Of a stretch of 64,000 nucleotides of DNA, positions 13,173 to 26,338 are shown in pieces. The translations under genes were made by a program, and so were the position numbers. The notes beneath the pieces were generated by a model that saw only the letters and a list, made by a program, of their open reading frames with translations, was not told the DNA's origin and searched no databases. The DNA comes from Octopus vulgaris. Taxonomy: Eukaryota. Location of the stretch: positions 62,062,001 through 62,126,000 of the forward strand of contig OX597832.1 in the NCBI GenBank assembly GCA_951406725.2, in the 5' to 3' direction. Every line of letters starts with the position of its first letter. Positions within the stretch are counted from its first letter, which is position 1.

Positions 13173-13720
13173 TGGTGGCTGCCCCCTCGTTATCGAGTAT
13201 GGCCATTGCGCGAAGCTTAATCAATGTTGTTATCGTGCAATGCCTGTGCAATAAGATTTTTTTAAAGTGAGGAAAGGCTGTGCACTGAGTCAATCCCACT
13301 CACTAAGCAACAGCAGCCATAATCCGAAAAGAAGAACACGTCAACATCATCGGTAACCACTGAGCCGTAGGTTTTATGTCGGAGTTATCCCAGTTACCTG
13401 AGTTACCTTCTCCTAGAAGGATGCCTTAACACAGGCTAGGAGTCCTTCACTTCCAATGGTTTAACCGCGCGATCGGGTATTCAGTCCGATTATTTCTATG
13501 TCCCCGCGCATGATACAGCCTTACGACATTTATTGGATGGCCGTTGACTCTCAAGAGTTCCTCCGCCCTTTGACGGGTTTTATTTTTCATCCCGCAGGGT
13601 GTCCGATAAACACCCTCCTCACCAAGCAAGCTTGGTGGGGTTGCCGGTTTAGTCGCCGACGATCCGACCATGCAAAAGGTTATACTGGGTTACATGTTAC
13701 CAGTAGCACTCGAAAGTGAC
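13173..13720 (-). mobile_element. Non-coding RTE-related retroelement derivative
   Basis: Minus strand has motifs I recall from RTE 5' UTRs (CTAAACCGGCAACCCCACC; CTAGGAGAAGGTAACTC) and an RTE-like end (GGCCATACTCGATAACGAGGGGGCAGCC), flanked by microsatellites. Confidence 0.5.
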
Positions 13721-13780
13721 CTGACATATACATACATATACATATACATATACATACATATACATATACATATACATACA

Positions 13781-13814
<34 letters not shown>

Positions 13815-13830
13815 CATTTACATTCAGATA

Positions 13831-13871
<41 letters not shown>

Positions 13872-14842
13872 CGCAGTAATTGTGGATAATAGAAAATGCA
13901 ATAACCTACTAGCGGTTTTGATAAGGTTGATGAGAAACGTGTCCCACAACTGCGACTCAACGGAATTGGAGAAACATATACAACTCTCATTACATTGCAT
14001 GCAGTTCTCTGGGTACAACCAAGGAAACCGCAGCGTGGGGTACAAAGAAGCCATGATAAAATCTAAGACCCGCATAGAGAGTGACGCAAATGAAAGCTGT
14101 CCGCTATACAAGAGTGAATCATGCCATCGAATGGAGTGAACAAAGAAGATATGTAAGGACAACTCATGTTTTGTCGATGCTTCACTTGGAGGCGAACTAG
14201 CGTAGCATTTCAGAAAAGCCTTACATAAGATAAATCTACGGATAGAAAGGCCTGGAATTCTTATAAAATCCTTGAATTGTAGAACCTATCCATTTGGAAA
14301 GACTCCCTTTACGTATAATAAGAGTACAATGTATTGAATAAGCCCAGCGATAAACTGTAAAACTAGGAATGTAGTCTAAAGCATAAGGTGTACAGAGCGG
14401 CTGTGAAGAAACAGGATAACAACTTAAGTTGAAGAGACAGCCTGTAGCATAGGTGAGAGGACAAGTCAACACTGGCGCGAACGTAAGAAGGAGAGAAGTT
14501 CGTCAGTGCTATACCGATATGCAAAATCAGAAGGCGAGGGCTAGGTAGATTATATGGATGTTATAATATAGATTGCGCCTCGACAGAAGACGTGAACAGA
14601 GTAGTAACACCCCTCGCCTCGAAATGTGACGGCTAAAGACAGAAAAAAGAATAAATAAATAAAAGAAATGGGTACAAACTACACACATTTTTCTCTCTCC
14701 TTGTTTTTTCTCTGTGTCCCTTTCTGTAGAAGAGCGTAGGCTCGAAACGTAAAAGACTTTATCTATTCCTGTGCGTTATACTAATACATCTGTTTGTTTT
14801 CTACACCACCTGTTTTCGTCTTTTGTATTTTTCGTAAACTCT

Positions 14843-14844
<2 letters not shown>
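13872..14844 (+). mobile_element. 5'-truncated, decayed Penelope-like element: RT thumb, linker, GIY-YIG endonuclease, pLTR
   Basis: ORF 13882-14139 ([19 protein letters not shown]) then FVDASLGGELA, ERPGILIK..YPF, NCKTRNVV*SIRC and *VEETACSIGERTSQH, i.e. a decayed VVY-I-C..YVGET..ER..EH GIY-YIG motif. Flanked by (TA)n on both sides. Confidence 0.8.
14720..14755 (+). ncRNA. Minimal type-I hammerhead-like motif, variant core CUGUAGA plus extra A
   Basis: CTTT-CTGTAGA-A-GAGC-GTAG-GCTC-GAAA-CG-TA-AAAG: stem I CUUU/AAAG, stem II GAGC/GCUC, palindromic ACGU stem III. Confidence 0.6.
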
Positions 14845-14888
<44 letters not shown>

Positions 14889-14890
<2 letters not shown>

Positions 14891-15393
14891 AGAGTTTACG
14901 AAAAATACAAAAGACGAAAACAGGTGGTGTAGAAAACAAACAGATGTATTAGTATAACGCTTTTGCGTTTCGAGCCTACGCTCTTCTACAGAAAGGGACA
15001 CAGAGAAAAAACAAGGAGAGAGAAAAATGTGTGTCGTACCCATTTCTTTATTTATTTATTCTTTTTTCTGTCTTTAGCCGTCACATTTCGAGGCGAGGGG
15101 TGTTACTACTCTGTTCACGTCTTCTGTCGAGGCGCAATCTATATTATAACATCCATATAATCTACCTAGCCCTCGCCTTCTGATTTTGCATATCGGTATA
15201 GCACTGACGAACTTCTCTCCTTACGTTCGCGCCAGTGTTGACTTGTCCTCTCACCTATGCTACAGGCTGTCTCTTCAACTTACGTTGTTATCCTGTTTCT
15301 TCACAGCCGCTCTGTACACCTTATGCTTTAGACTACATTCCTAGTTTTACAGTTTATCGCTGGGCTTATTCAATACATTGTACTCTTATTATA
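14889..15393 (-). mobile_element. Inverted copy of the PLE 3' ~530 bp, tail-to-tail across (TA)n
   Basis: Near-identical reverse complement of 14314-14844 with a ~18-bp deletion near 14960; spacer 14845-14888 is pure (TA)n. Confidence 0.95.
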
Positions 15394-15403
15394 TATATTA
15401 TCT

Positions 15404-15445
<42 letters not shown>

Positions 15446-15451
15446 TCCTCG

Positions 15452-15817
15452 CGTGGCACTCCGTCGGCACTCCGTCAGTTACGACGACGAGGGTTCCAGT
15501 TGATCCGATCAACGGAACAGCCAGCTCGTGATATTAACGTGCAAGTGGCTGAACACTCCACAGACGTGTATACGCTTAACGTAGCTTTTGGGGGAGATTC
15601 AGCGTGACACAGAGTGTGACAAGGCTGGCCCTTTGAAATACAGGTACAGCAGAAACAGAAAGAAAGAGAGAGAAAATCGTGGTGGAGTACAACAGGAGCC
15701 TCATGGAGCTTTAGGTATTAGGACTCAATGAACACTCACAACGGCCGATCTGGGAATCAAAACCGCGATCCTACGACCACGAGTGCACTGCCCTAATAAC
15801 AGAGTCATTGCGCTTCT
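15452..15817 (-). mobile_element. tRNA-derived SINE family D
   Basis: tRNA-like head at the right end (minus: GCGCAATGACTC..GGTCGTAGGATCGCGGTTTTGATTCCC); body shared with 44338, 46563 and 59161. Confidence 0.8.
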
Positions 15818-16434
15818 ACATGTACATATTTATAACCACTCTACAAGCGATCCTCCATTGCCTTAGTATTACCGACATGTAAAGTTATGTCTAATAGTTG
15901 CAATCATGTATTAGACGGATCCGTCTCGTAGGAAAGTCATTTGTATAGAATTTCCATCGCCTTCCTTCGACAGATGCAAGCTGCTAGATTTTATCTGTCT
16001 GATGTCTGGGGTCCTTCGTGATAAATGTTCTGGAGTGTATTACACTGAAATACGTTTTTAATTTTCATGTGAAAATGAAAATGATGTTAGCATGAGAGCG
16101 CTCACATCCGACAAATTTGTCGTAAAATGTAAAATTTGTTGTAATGGCGCTTGCCTTAACGTTAGAACCGGCCTTGAGTTAGTGAGATTTTTGACAGTAG
16201 CCCTAGGAGGTCTCGGCCTCGTCCTGGGATGTTTTGTTGTTTTGTTTTGAAATTTTCTTCTGTTATTTCTGTTGTTTACACGATGTTTTATGTTATCTCA
16301 CTCTGTATCGTTCTGTTTACCTGACTTAATGTTTATGTCAGCCTTTTGTTTTTATTTTATTATCTTTTTATTATATGTTAACACTAACAATTTATGTCTG
16401 TCCTCAATCCTTGGCTCTGATAGAACAAATATAG

Positions 16435-16470
<36 letters not shown>

Positions 16471-16798
16471 CCACCACCACCACCATCATCATTATCATCA
16501 TCATCATCATCATCATCATCACCATCATCATCACCGTCATGATCGTCATCGTCATTATCTACATCATCCTCATCACCGTCATCGTCATCGTCATTATCCT
16601 GATCATGATCATGATCAGCATCATCTTCAAACCACCACCATCACCACCATCACCGTCATTATCATCATTCTATTATTATTATGCTTGGTTTTTGCTTTGT
16701 ATTTGAACAAGTTGACTCCAAGTCTCACCCACAGACCTAAAGAGTCAACAAGTTAGAAGATCAAGTTATTCCTAGTATCATTATTGTTGTTGTTGTTG

Positions 16799-16847
<49 letters not shown>

Positions 16848-16857
16848 TACGATTATT

Positions 16858-17068
16858 AAGACGGTGAGCTGGGAGATTCGTTAAGAGGCTGAGCGAAATG
16901 CTTCGGGGCATTTTATCCGTCTGCAGGTTCTGAGTTCAAATTCCGCCGAGGTTGACTTTGAATTTAGTCCTTTCAGAAACGAAAAATAAGTACTAGTTAA
17001 AGTCTGGGGTCAATGTAATCGGATGATCCCCTCTCCAAAATGGCTGCCCTTGATGCAAAACTAGAAAT
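16858..17068 (+). mobile_element. SINE family A monomer
   Basis: GGTGAGCTGG..GTTCTGAGTTCAAATTCCGCCGAGGTTGACTTTG. Confidence 0.8.
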
Positions 17069-17103
17069 TATCATCATCATCATCATCATCATCGTCGTCA
17101 TCG

Positions 17104-17294
17104 TCGTCAGACACTAAGGGATATGGTCAACTGGTTAAGGTCAAACAACTGACAAGCAAATCTTTGCCGTTGAGCAGAATATTTGCTGTAGCCTATCTTT
17201 TATACCAAAACAAAACAATGTACATGATAACACTTCCAATCAGTTAAGATCAGAAGCCATGAGAGCCACTGTCTGGTACTACATCAGGGCATTT
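17104..17294 (-). mobile_element. Family B partial copy (5' ~190 bp)
   Basis: Matches 18950-19138. Confidence 0.85.
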
Positions 17295-17309
17295 CTTATG
17301 ATTATTATG

Positions 17310-17378
<69 letters not shown>

Positions 17379-17921
17379 GCATGCCATCAAAGTGACACTG
17401 GGGTAAAATATACGAAGCCCAATATACCCATCATGACTACCCCTCTGATAAGGGTACACCAGGCACATGCATCACAACCATATGTGCGCGACATGGGGAT
17501 CTCATATCAAGATAAACAGCACATGACCTTGCAGGTGGGGCCCAGTTAGAATTTTCTTCAGGTTGAGTAGCCCATCCTGCTCAAAAGGTCCCTGAATAAG
17601 GGTTGTTTAAGGATGTTGAAAGAACCACCCATGTTTCCAGAGATGAACTATTCAAACCCCAAAGAATCCCTCTCAACACATGGCTATGATGCTCCCCCAC
17701 TACTTCTGCTCGTGATCAGAGATGCACATATCGTCAGCCACTAAGGGACATGCTCAACTGGTTAAGGTCAAACAACTGACAAGCAAATCTGTGGTATTGA
17801 GCAGAATATTTGCTGTAGCCCATCTTTTATACCAAGACAAAACAATGTACATGATAACACTTCCAATCAGTTAAGATCAGAAGCCATGAGAGCCACTGCC
17901 TGGTACTGCATCAGGGCATTT
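17379..17921 (-). mobile_element. Family B near-full copy in (TAA)n
   Basis: About five substitutions (by eye) relative to 18581-19138; lacks the last ~15 nt. Confidence 0.95.
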
Positions 17922-17949
17922 ATTATATTATTAATATTATTATTTATTG

Positions 17950-18505
17950 TCTTTGCACAGCTTCTAACTCTAGAGATGTTCTACGGTGTATTAACTAAGG
18001 TAAGAACTCTTAATTTTCGAGCATCTTCCGAAGTATCCTTGCGGTTTCTAGCAGTGCTGTTTTCTGCAAGTGCTCAACCATTATTGCAGCCCCTATTTGT
18101 TCCATGTACTTCTTGAGATTTTTCTCACTGTTCCCAATTGTTACTACCACCTTTTTCATCGACTTCAACTGCGTAACTTCCCAAGCTAACCTGTCATAAC
18201 TCTCGACTTTTCTTTATTTCTTGTCGCATACCTTGCTGTCAGCTGGGCCTGCTATATCTATGATCCAGCACAGTTTGTTTTATTTCTCAATTAAGACTAT
18301 GTCCTGCTTCATATTCTCAATCTCATGGTCGCACTGAATTAAAATCCCACATGATCTTTGCATTATAATTTTCGACGATGCCTTCAGGTTTGTGGTTGTA
18401 CCAAATTTTTTGTTCTGTCAAGTCCATACTTGTTGCAATGTGTCCAATGGACAAGCCTGGCTGTATTGCCGTGACATCTCTTATATTCCTTCTGCGCTTA
18501 TCAAT
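17950..18505 (-). pseudogene. R4/Dong-like RLE non-LTR retrotransposon, decayed 3' fragment
   Basis: Minus translation EYKRCHGNTARLVHWT..IQCDHEIENMKQDIVLIEK*NKLCWIIDIAGPAD corresponds to the RHD and PD-(D/E)xK restriction-like endonuclease region. Confidence 0.85.
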
Positions 18506-18580
18506 TTCTTATGTGTTGTCTATTCTATTATCTTTATCATGATCATCATCATCGTTATTATTATTATTATTATTATTATT

Positions 18581-19138
18581 GAGTGAGAGAGCAGTGCATG
18601 CCATCAAAGTGACACTGGGGTAAAATATACGAAGCCCAATATACCCATCATGACTACCCCTCTGATAAAGGTACACCAGGCACATGCATCACAACCATAT
18701 GTGCGCGACATGGTGATCTCATATCAAGATAAACAGCACATGACCTTGCAGGTGGGGCCCAGTTAGAATTTTCTTCAGGTTGAGTAGCCCATCCCGCTCA
18801 AAAGGTCCCTGAATAAGGGTTGTTTAAGGATGTTGAAAGAACCACCCATGTTTCCAGAGGTGAATTATTCAAACCCCAAAGAATCCCTCTCAACACATGG
18901 CTATGATGCTCCCCCACTACTTCTGCTCGTGATCAGAGATGCACATATCGTCAGCCACTAAGGGACATGCTCAACTGGTTAAGGTCAAACAACTGACAAG
19001 CAAATCTGTGGTATTGAGCAGAATATTTGCTGTAGCCCATCTTTTATACCAAGACAAAACAATGTACATGATAACACTTCCAATCAGTTAAGATCAGAAG
19101 CCATGAGAGCCACTGCCTGGTACTGCATCAGGGCATTT
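18581..19138 (-). mobile_element. Family B full-length copy (558 bp) inserted in (TAA)n
   Basis: Minus strand reads (TAA)n-AAATGCCCTGATGCAGTACC...CTGCTCTCTCACTC-(AAT)n; seven related copies in the window. Confidence 0.95.
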
Positions 19139-19143
19139 ATTAC

Positions 19144-19225
<82 letters not shown>

Positions 19226-19314
19226 ATTATTATTATTATTATTATTAATATTATTATTATTATCATTATCATCATTATTATTATCATCATCATTATTATT
19301 ATTATTATCATCAA

Positions 19315-19374
<60 letters not shown>

Positions 19375-19445
19375 CATTATCTTCATCATTATCATTATTA
19401 TTATTATCATCATTATTATTATTATCATTATCATCATCATCATCA

Positions 19446-19489
<44 letters not shown>

Positions 19490-19515
19490 ATTACCATTAG
19501 TATTATTATGATTAA

Positions 19516-19570
<55 letters not shown>
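19139..19570. repeat. (ATT/ATC)n microsatellite
   Basis: Direct reading. Confidence 0.95.
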
Positions 19571-19968
19571 TCACCCTCTGCTACAGTCGTCGTTTGCGTT
19601 AACGTTAGCATTATTATCAATATCAGGATCAGTTTATTATTTCCAATACTTTTATTAACGTTTAATTCTACGCTTCATTGCTTTACCATTTTTCTTCAAA
19701 CGCGTTGATCGGTTTGGCATTAGATTCTCACAAGAAACAAAAGTACCATTAAACTATTTTATTACATCATTGATTTCGCGTAGTCTCTCATTTGTTGATT
19801 ATTTTTATTTCATATTTATTTTCATTGCGTATTATTTTATTTCTTATTTGGGAGAAAATTATATTTTTTAGACTTTAACATTCGCTGATTAAATCTTAAA
19901 GTACTTCGGAGAAAAATAGTTCATGTCTGCGAGAAATAAAAGAGATGAAAGAATATATTGCAGACAGT

Positions 19969-20510
<542 letters not shown>

Positions 20511-21104
20511 GCATTACGCACTCATACACACACACACGTCCTCTTTCACTCACACAGATGCTTTAAACAGTGTTTTATAGCTCAAAATATACAAGTTATA
20601 AAATCTAATACCGCAGAACAATAATAAGATGGTAATTTCTGTTACCTGGTAGTTCAATATTTTGGGGTCAGGACACATTCTGCAGGAAATTTACGGAGAA
20701 ATGTTGACATCAAAAATATCGGATATCAAAGCACAAACACACACATAGGCATACACACACGCACTCAACCACCCCATACACACACATATTGATACCTGTA
20801 TACTTACATACATATATATACAGAGATAGATACATGCATACATATACCTTAATACTGTGTGAACAGATATCCTCGTAGGCAGAAAGCTGATGTTAAAGTT
20901 TTAATTAATCATATTAAACAAATTAGTCGCTCCATTTCTCTTAAATTACCGGATGCGCTGTGTATAGAAACATTGGCTACTTGTGGCCCTGAGACAGGTA
21001 TAAAGACATAGACACTTCTGATGAGAATCTAACAAGGTTCAATAAACGTCTGAGTCTGCTTGTCATTCCTGTAGTCTACGGAAACAGTTAAATTTGCCCA
21101 TTTC

Positions 21105-22200
21105 AGAAACACGTTGTCGAAGGAGTAAAATCAAGCTCAGCCAAAGTCGGTAGTGGTGTTCCACAAGGTACTGAGCTGAGCCCACTTCTTTTCATCATCT
21201 ATATTGATGACATCTCTGATATCATCAAGCACAACAACATAAGAATTTCTGCAGATGATTCCAAGCCCCAGAAGGTCATCAATAAAGTGGGTGACCGGAA
21301 AGCTTTCAGTCTGTCCTGTTGGCTGTTATCCTATGGGCGGAAAAGAATAATATGCTGCTGAACGAGGAAAAATGTGAGTTAATCCACTTCGGAAAAGAGG
21401 ATACCCTGAAACTCACAACCTCCCTTCTTTCAGGTGAAACTCTCATGGTATCCAACATCAGAGACTTGGAAGTAATAGTGAAAAACAACATAACTTGGGC
21501 CGCTTATATGAATAGTAAAGTTGACATGACTCGCTGAATGTGCTCCTGGATTCTCAGAACATTCTAGTCGTGAGATATCCACACCATTATCCTTCTAATC
21601 TCTGCGTTTGCTCGACTCCAACTTCAATACTGTTATCTACTGTGGTCTCCCCACACGAAAGAATGTATCGTGAATTTGAAGTACCCTAAAGATCAATTAG
21701 AAAAAAGATAGATGGCATGACGGGCCTTGACTACTGGCGTCGACTCGAAAAGGTCAACCTTAATTCTTTTCAACGTCGCCATGTGAGCTACGTCATCTGC
21801 ACGTTGTGGAAGATATTCCATCAGCATTGGCCAAATGACTTTGGCATCACTTTTAAGGTGGACCCAAGGCTTGGAGCCGTGCTATCCGTCCACAGCATAA
21901 ATCGCATTCACATCTTATAACAACAATACAGGTCAACTATTTCACCTCAGTTGGCCCGGATCTCTTTAACATTACACAAAACACGTTAAAGCAGAAACAT
22001 ACCCCATAAAGTTCGAGAAGTCTTTGGAGAAAGTACTTCAAGAAATCCCGGATAAACCTCCTACACCCACATATGGCTCCGTAAGCAATAATTCTCCACT
22101 CGAGTGGGCCATGTTGTCCGAATTCTGACTTGAATGACTTCGCCAGGTGCAGCTATTAAGTTAGATATGGCCTGGGCCAATACTGGCCGAAACTTATCAA
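21105..22200 (+). pseudogene. CR1/L2-like LINE reverse transcriptase, 5'-truncated and decayed
   Basis: VGSGVPQGTELSPLLFIIYIDD..ISADDSK; WAEKNNMLLNEEKC; LQYCYLLWSPH; LDYWRRLEKVNLNSFQRR, with stops and frameshifts. 3' hairpin GGCCA-ATAC-TGGCC (22175-22188) precedes (TATG)n. Confidence 0.9.
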
Positions 22201-22377
22201 AATATGTATGTATGTATGTATGCATGTATGTATGTATGTATGTATGTATGTATGTATGTATGTATGTATGTATATACATATATAGAGAAAGAGAGAGAGA
22301 GAGCAGGAGATAGATAGATAGATGCATACATACATACATACATACATACATACATACATACATGCATACATACTTAC

Positions 22378-22555
22378 GTGGCGAGTTGGCAGAATCGATA
22401 ACATACCAGGCAAAATGCCTACCGGTATTTCCTATGTCTTTATGTTCTGTGTTCAAATTCCGCCGGCCTCCACTTTGCTTTTCATCTTTTCGAGAATGGG
22501 GTCGATGTAATCGACTTACCACCTCTCTCGAAATCGCTGATCTGGTGCCAAAATT
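22378..22555 (+). mobile_element. SINE family A monomer with internal deletion
   Basis: GGCGAGTTGGCAGAATCG..GTTCAAATTCCGCC..GGGGTCGATGTAATCGAC. Confidence 0.75.
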
Positions 22556-23120
22556 ATTATTAATATTATTGTTGTTGTTGTTGTTGTTGTCGTTGTTGTT
22601 GTTATTGTTGTTATCAATTGATTTTGACACCATAAAACTTAAAGTTCGTCCGGCTCATTGAGCCATCTTATTCTAACGAAGTAGGTTCCTGTGACGTGTC
22701 TACAAATCTATAAGAGGCACGGGCCGAAACTTTAAGTTGTACGGCGCCGCGCGTTAAAACCAGAAAGTTATGGGTCAGGAGTGGCGGTTCGATCGGCCTC
22801 GGACTTGGTTCGTGTACATGGTCTTGATAAGCCACCAGACTATAGAAACATCAATATACATCACTCCACAAACTGAAATCTCTGGTGAGGTGACTCACCT
22901 GTGTATGACGTTCCGGTGTTTTAACACCCGTTGCTTTGAGACAGTAATCTTAACCGCATAAAATTGCAGTCTAGGGGTATATAAGCATGTTTTGTGTGCT
23001 AATTGTGTGTGATTGATAATGTTCAATACTCTAGAGCTGCTTGTATTTCATATTTGAATTTACACATACCCACACACATGTATATGTATATAGAGATAGA
23101 TATTTACACACTATATATAC

Positions 23121-23170
<50 letters not shown>

Positions 23171-23181
23171 ATCTATATATA

Positions 23182-23217
<36 letters not shown>

Positions 23218-23380
23218 CATACATACATATATATATATACACATATATATAAACATACATATATATATCCATTGATATATATATGTACATATATATATAC
23301 ATATATATATATATGTATATAAATAAATATATAAGTACATATATATACATGTATGTACAAGTATATATATATTTATATAT

Positions 23381-23436
<56 letters not shown>

Positions 23437-23799
23437 CTATCTTTATGTTGTCTCCCTCGCTAAGTTTCCTTCTTAGTCCTCCGCATCGTCTCCATACGTC
23501 TGTATTCCCCTTAACCTGTTATTGTCCCCTCTTGAAATATTCTTTTTTTTTTTACTAATATATTCTTGCTTTTCCAATATTGTTATTTTAGTTTTAGCTT
23601 TCTGTTCCATTATTTATTTTGGTTTCTGTTCATACATATCTCTTACTTTGACGGTTCTTTGTCTATTTAGTTTTATAATCCTGCCCAGTAACTCATTACT
23701 GATAAATTCAATTGAAAAACTGGCTATTTTATATAAATAACCTTTAATACTCTCGCACAGCCATTGTCAGCTATCCTTGATGAAGAAAGAATGGAACCG

Positions 23800-23876
<77 letters not shown>

Positions 23877-25696
23877 TTATTGAAGGAAAACACGTACATA
23901 AAAATAAATAAATATAAACAAGAGAGCTGGACGAAAAAGCTTCAGTATTTGATAATATTGCTGAGCAGGCAATAAAAAGACTTTGTCAAAATGGTCATCT
24001 AGAAATGACAAAAAAAAAACGAAGGAAAGAAAGAAATTTAAAGAAAGAATTGTAAGAAGTATGGTAGAGAAAGTAGAAGAAGAAAAAGAAGGAGTAGATA
24101 AGCTTAGAGACGTTCCGTTTCTGAATGGTTAGATTAATATAGACTTTCGTTCATTGCAATCTTGCTGCGATTTTAGCAGGGTTTTGACAATACAGATTAA
24201 TTCCTCTATCAAGAGCAGATCTCGCAAGAAATCTTCAAAGCGATTTTTATCAGATAATGAACAGTCTTTGAGATCACATACGCTTTCTTGCAGTCTCTCC
24301 GTCTCTCTCTCTGTGTCTTTCTCTCTCGCCATATCTCACTCGCTCCATATCTAACTACTATTCTCTTGTTTTCTTTCATTGTACTTTTATCTGGATTATT
24401 AGTGTTTGCGTACGTGTGTTCGTGTGTCTACGCGCATGCGGTCACCATCTTTGCTATAGTTCATTCCTCGTGTCATTGTAGAAATAACGATAAATTGCCA
24501 TACGAGTGTCGGCCGAATGGTGCTATAGAAAACAGGGAAATAATGAACAAAAAAAAAAGGGAGTAGTGAGTTGGCGGGGTGGGGTAGGATTAAGCGTATA
24601 ACTTATCGTCGTCCCTTCTTCTCCCTTTTTCTGCTTTCAACTAGTAGTCATTGATAGCAGATTAAGCAATAAAGGATTAAGAACGAAAGATTAACTTGAA
24701 AGAAATAAAGAAAAGGGACAACACAAAACGAATGAAAAAGAATAAAAGGTATAAAAAGCTAAACCACACAGAGGTAAAACATATCTAGGGAACACCACAT
24801 ACCATTAAGGTATGTATATATGTGTGTGTGTGTATGTGCCTGTGTGTGGGTATATATATATATGTTTATATATATATATACGTATACACACATACACACG
24901 CATACACACAAACACATATGAATGAAGTGAGAGAATAATTAACTCAAGTATAAAAGATGGAGAGATATAGAGAGAATCGCAGCAAAAAAGTAATCACCCA
25001 TTCGAAGTTCAATTGGACACGTTTGAAAAAAATGAAGGCATTCATAGAAGCGTTTCGATAAAAAATTTCCCTTCTCATATGTTACTTCAATAAGATGTAA
25101 AGCAATCTTTTTTCTGTATAATAAATAAATGATTTCTTTCCCCTTTCACATTCAATCAAATACCGCAAAACCAAGAAACACTTTACAGCAATGAATTTGG
25201 TTATTATTGATTGCACCTATCAACAGCCAAGAGGTCTGAGCCAATAAAAGCGTTCCACACCCTGTACACATCCTATATTTTCATAGGAGGAGCAAAACGA
25301 ACTGCGACTCCATCAAACATGGTATTTCGCTTTTTTGCTTTTTCTTTTTCGTAGAAATCTCTTCAAGTTTAACTCACATCCAATTATAGTGGTCACCAGC
25401 ATTTCTCCCAACGCGGCCCACTTTTAATGCAAGACAATTATGCTAATGACCAAGTAATCGTGTGCGCAACAAGACCGGATACGGTGCATTAATATGAAAT
25501 TTCATTATTTCGAGGATAGATACGTGGCGAGACGTTTGCTTGTCAACAACAAGATTCCGGTTTCAGTCTCATCGCATTTTAGCTTGATCCAGTATTCTCT
25601 ACTCTAGCCTAGGGTCAGCAACCAAAGCCTGGTAAGTGTATCTGGTAGAGGGAAGCTGAAAGGAACCCGGTATATATATATATGTATATATGTACG

Positions 25697-25746
<50 letters not shown>

Positions 25747-26267
25747 TAGGGGAGAGAGAGAGAGGGGAGAGAGAGAGAGAGAGGGGAGAGAGAGAGATAC
25801 ATACATACATATATGCATACATACATACATACATACATATGTGTTTGTGTGTGTGTATGTGTGTATGTATGTCTATGTGTGTGTGTGTGCTTGCTTCTGT
25901 GTGTGTGCGCAAACGTGTTTTTGTGCTTATCCCACACTACCGGCTGACTGTAACTCGTAAACTGATCGGATTGGCAAAGAGAAACCGATGGAATAAGTGC
26001 CAGGCTTAGAAATAATTACTGTGATCGATTTTACGACAAAAACCCTTCCCACGACTGAAGCAATTAAAAGAAAGGGAAAACAAAAGAAAATATATGCATG
26101 TGTTACCAATATTACACATACACACACAAATATATATATATATATATATAAGTGGCTGTCTGTCTCTCTGTTTATCTGTTTATCTATCTATCTATTTACC
26201 TATCTATCTCTCTGTCTCTGTCTGTCCATCTCTTTATCAATCTATCGATCTATCTATCTATGTACCA

Positions 26268-26338
<71 letters not shown>

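Noticed and set aside
13600-13720. Possible HDV-like ribozyme at the 5' end of the RTE derivative
   Set aside because: I could not build the nested double pseudoknot; only a simple hairpin (TACTGG/CCAGTA) is evident.
15190-15230. YSTDELLSLR peptide resembling an eIF4E-binding motif, and the repeated ORF MLTCPLTYATG
   Set aside because: Both are antisense to the PLE endonuclease remnant; the ORF repeats only because of the palindrome.
22702-22740. Hammerhead-like GGC-ACGG-GCC-GAAA
   Set aside because: The core and stem I fit poorly, and it is single copy in the window.
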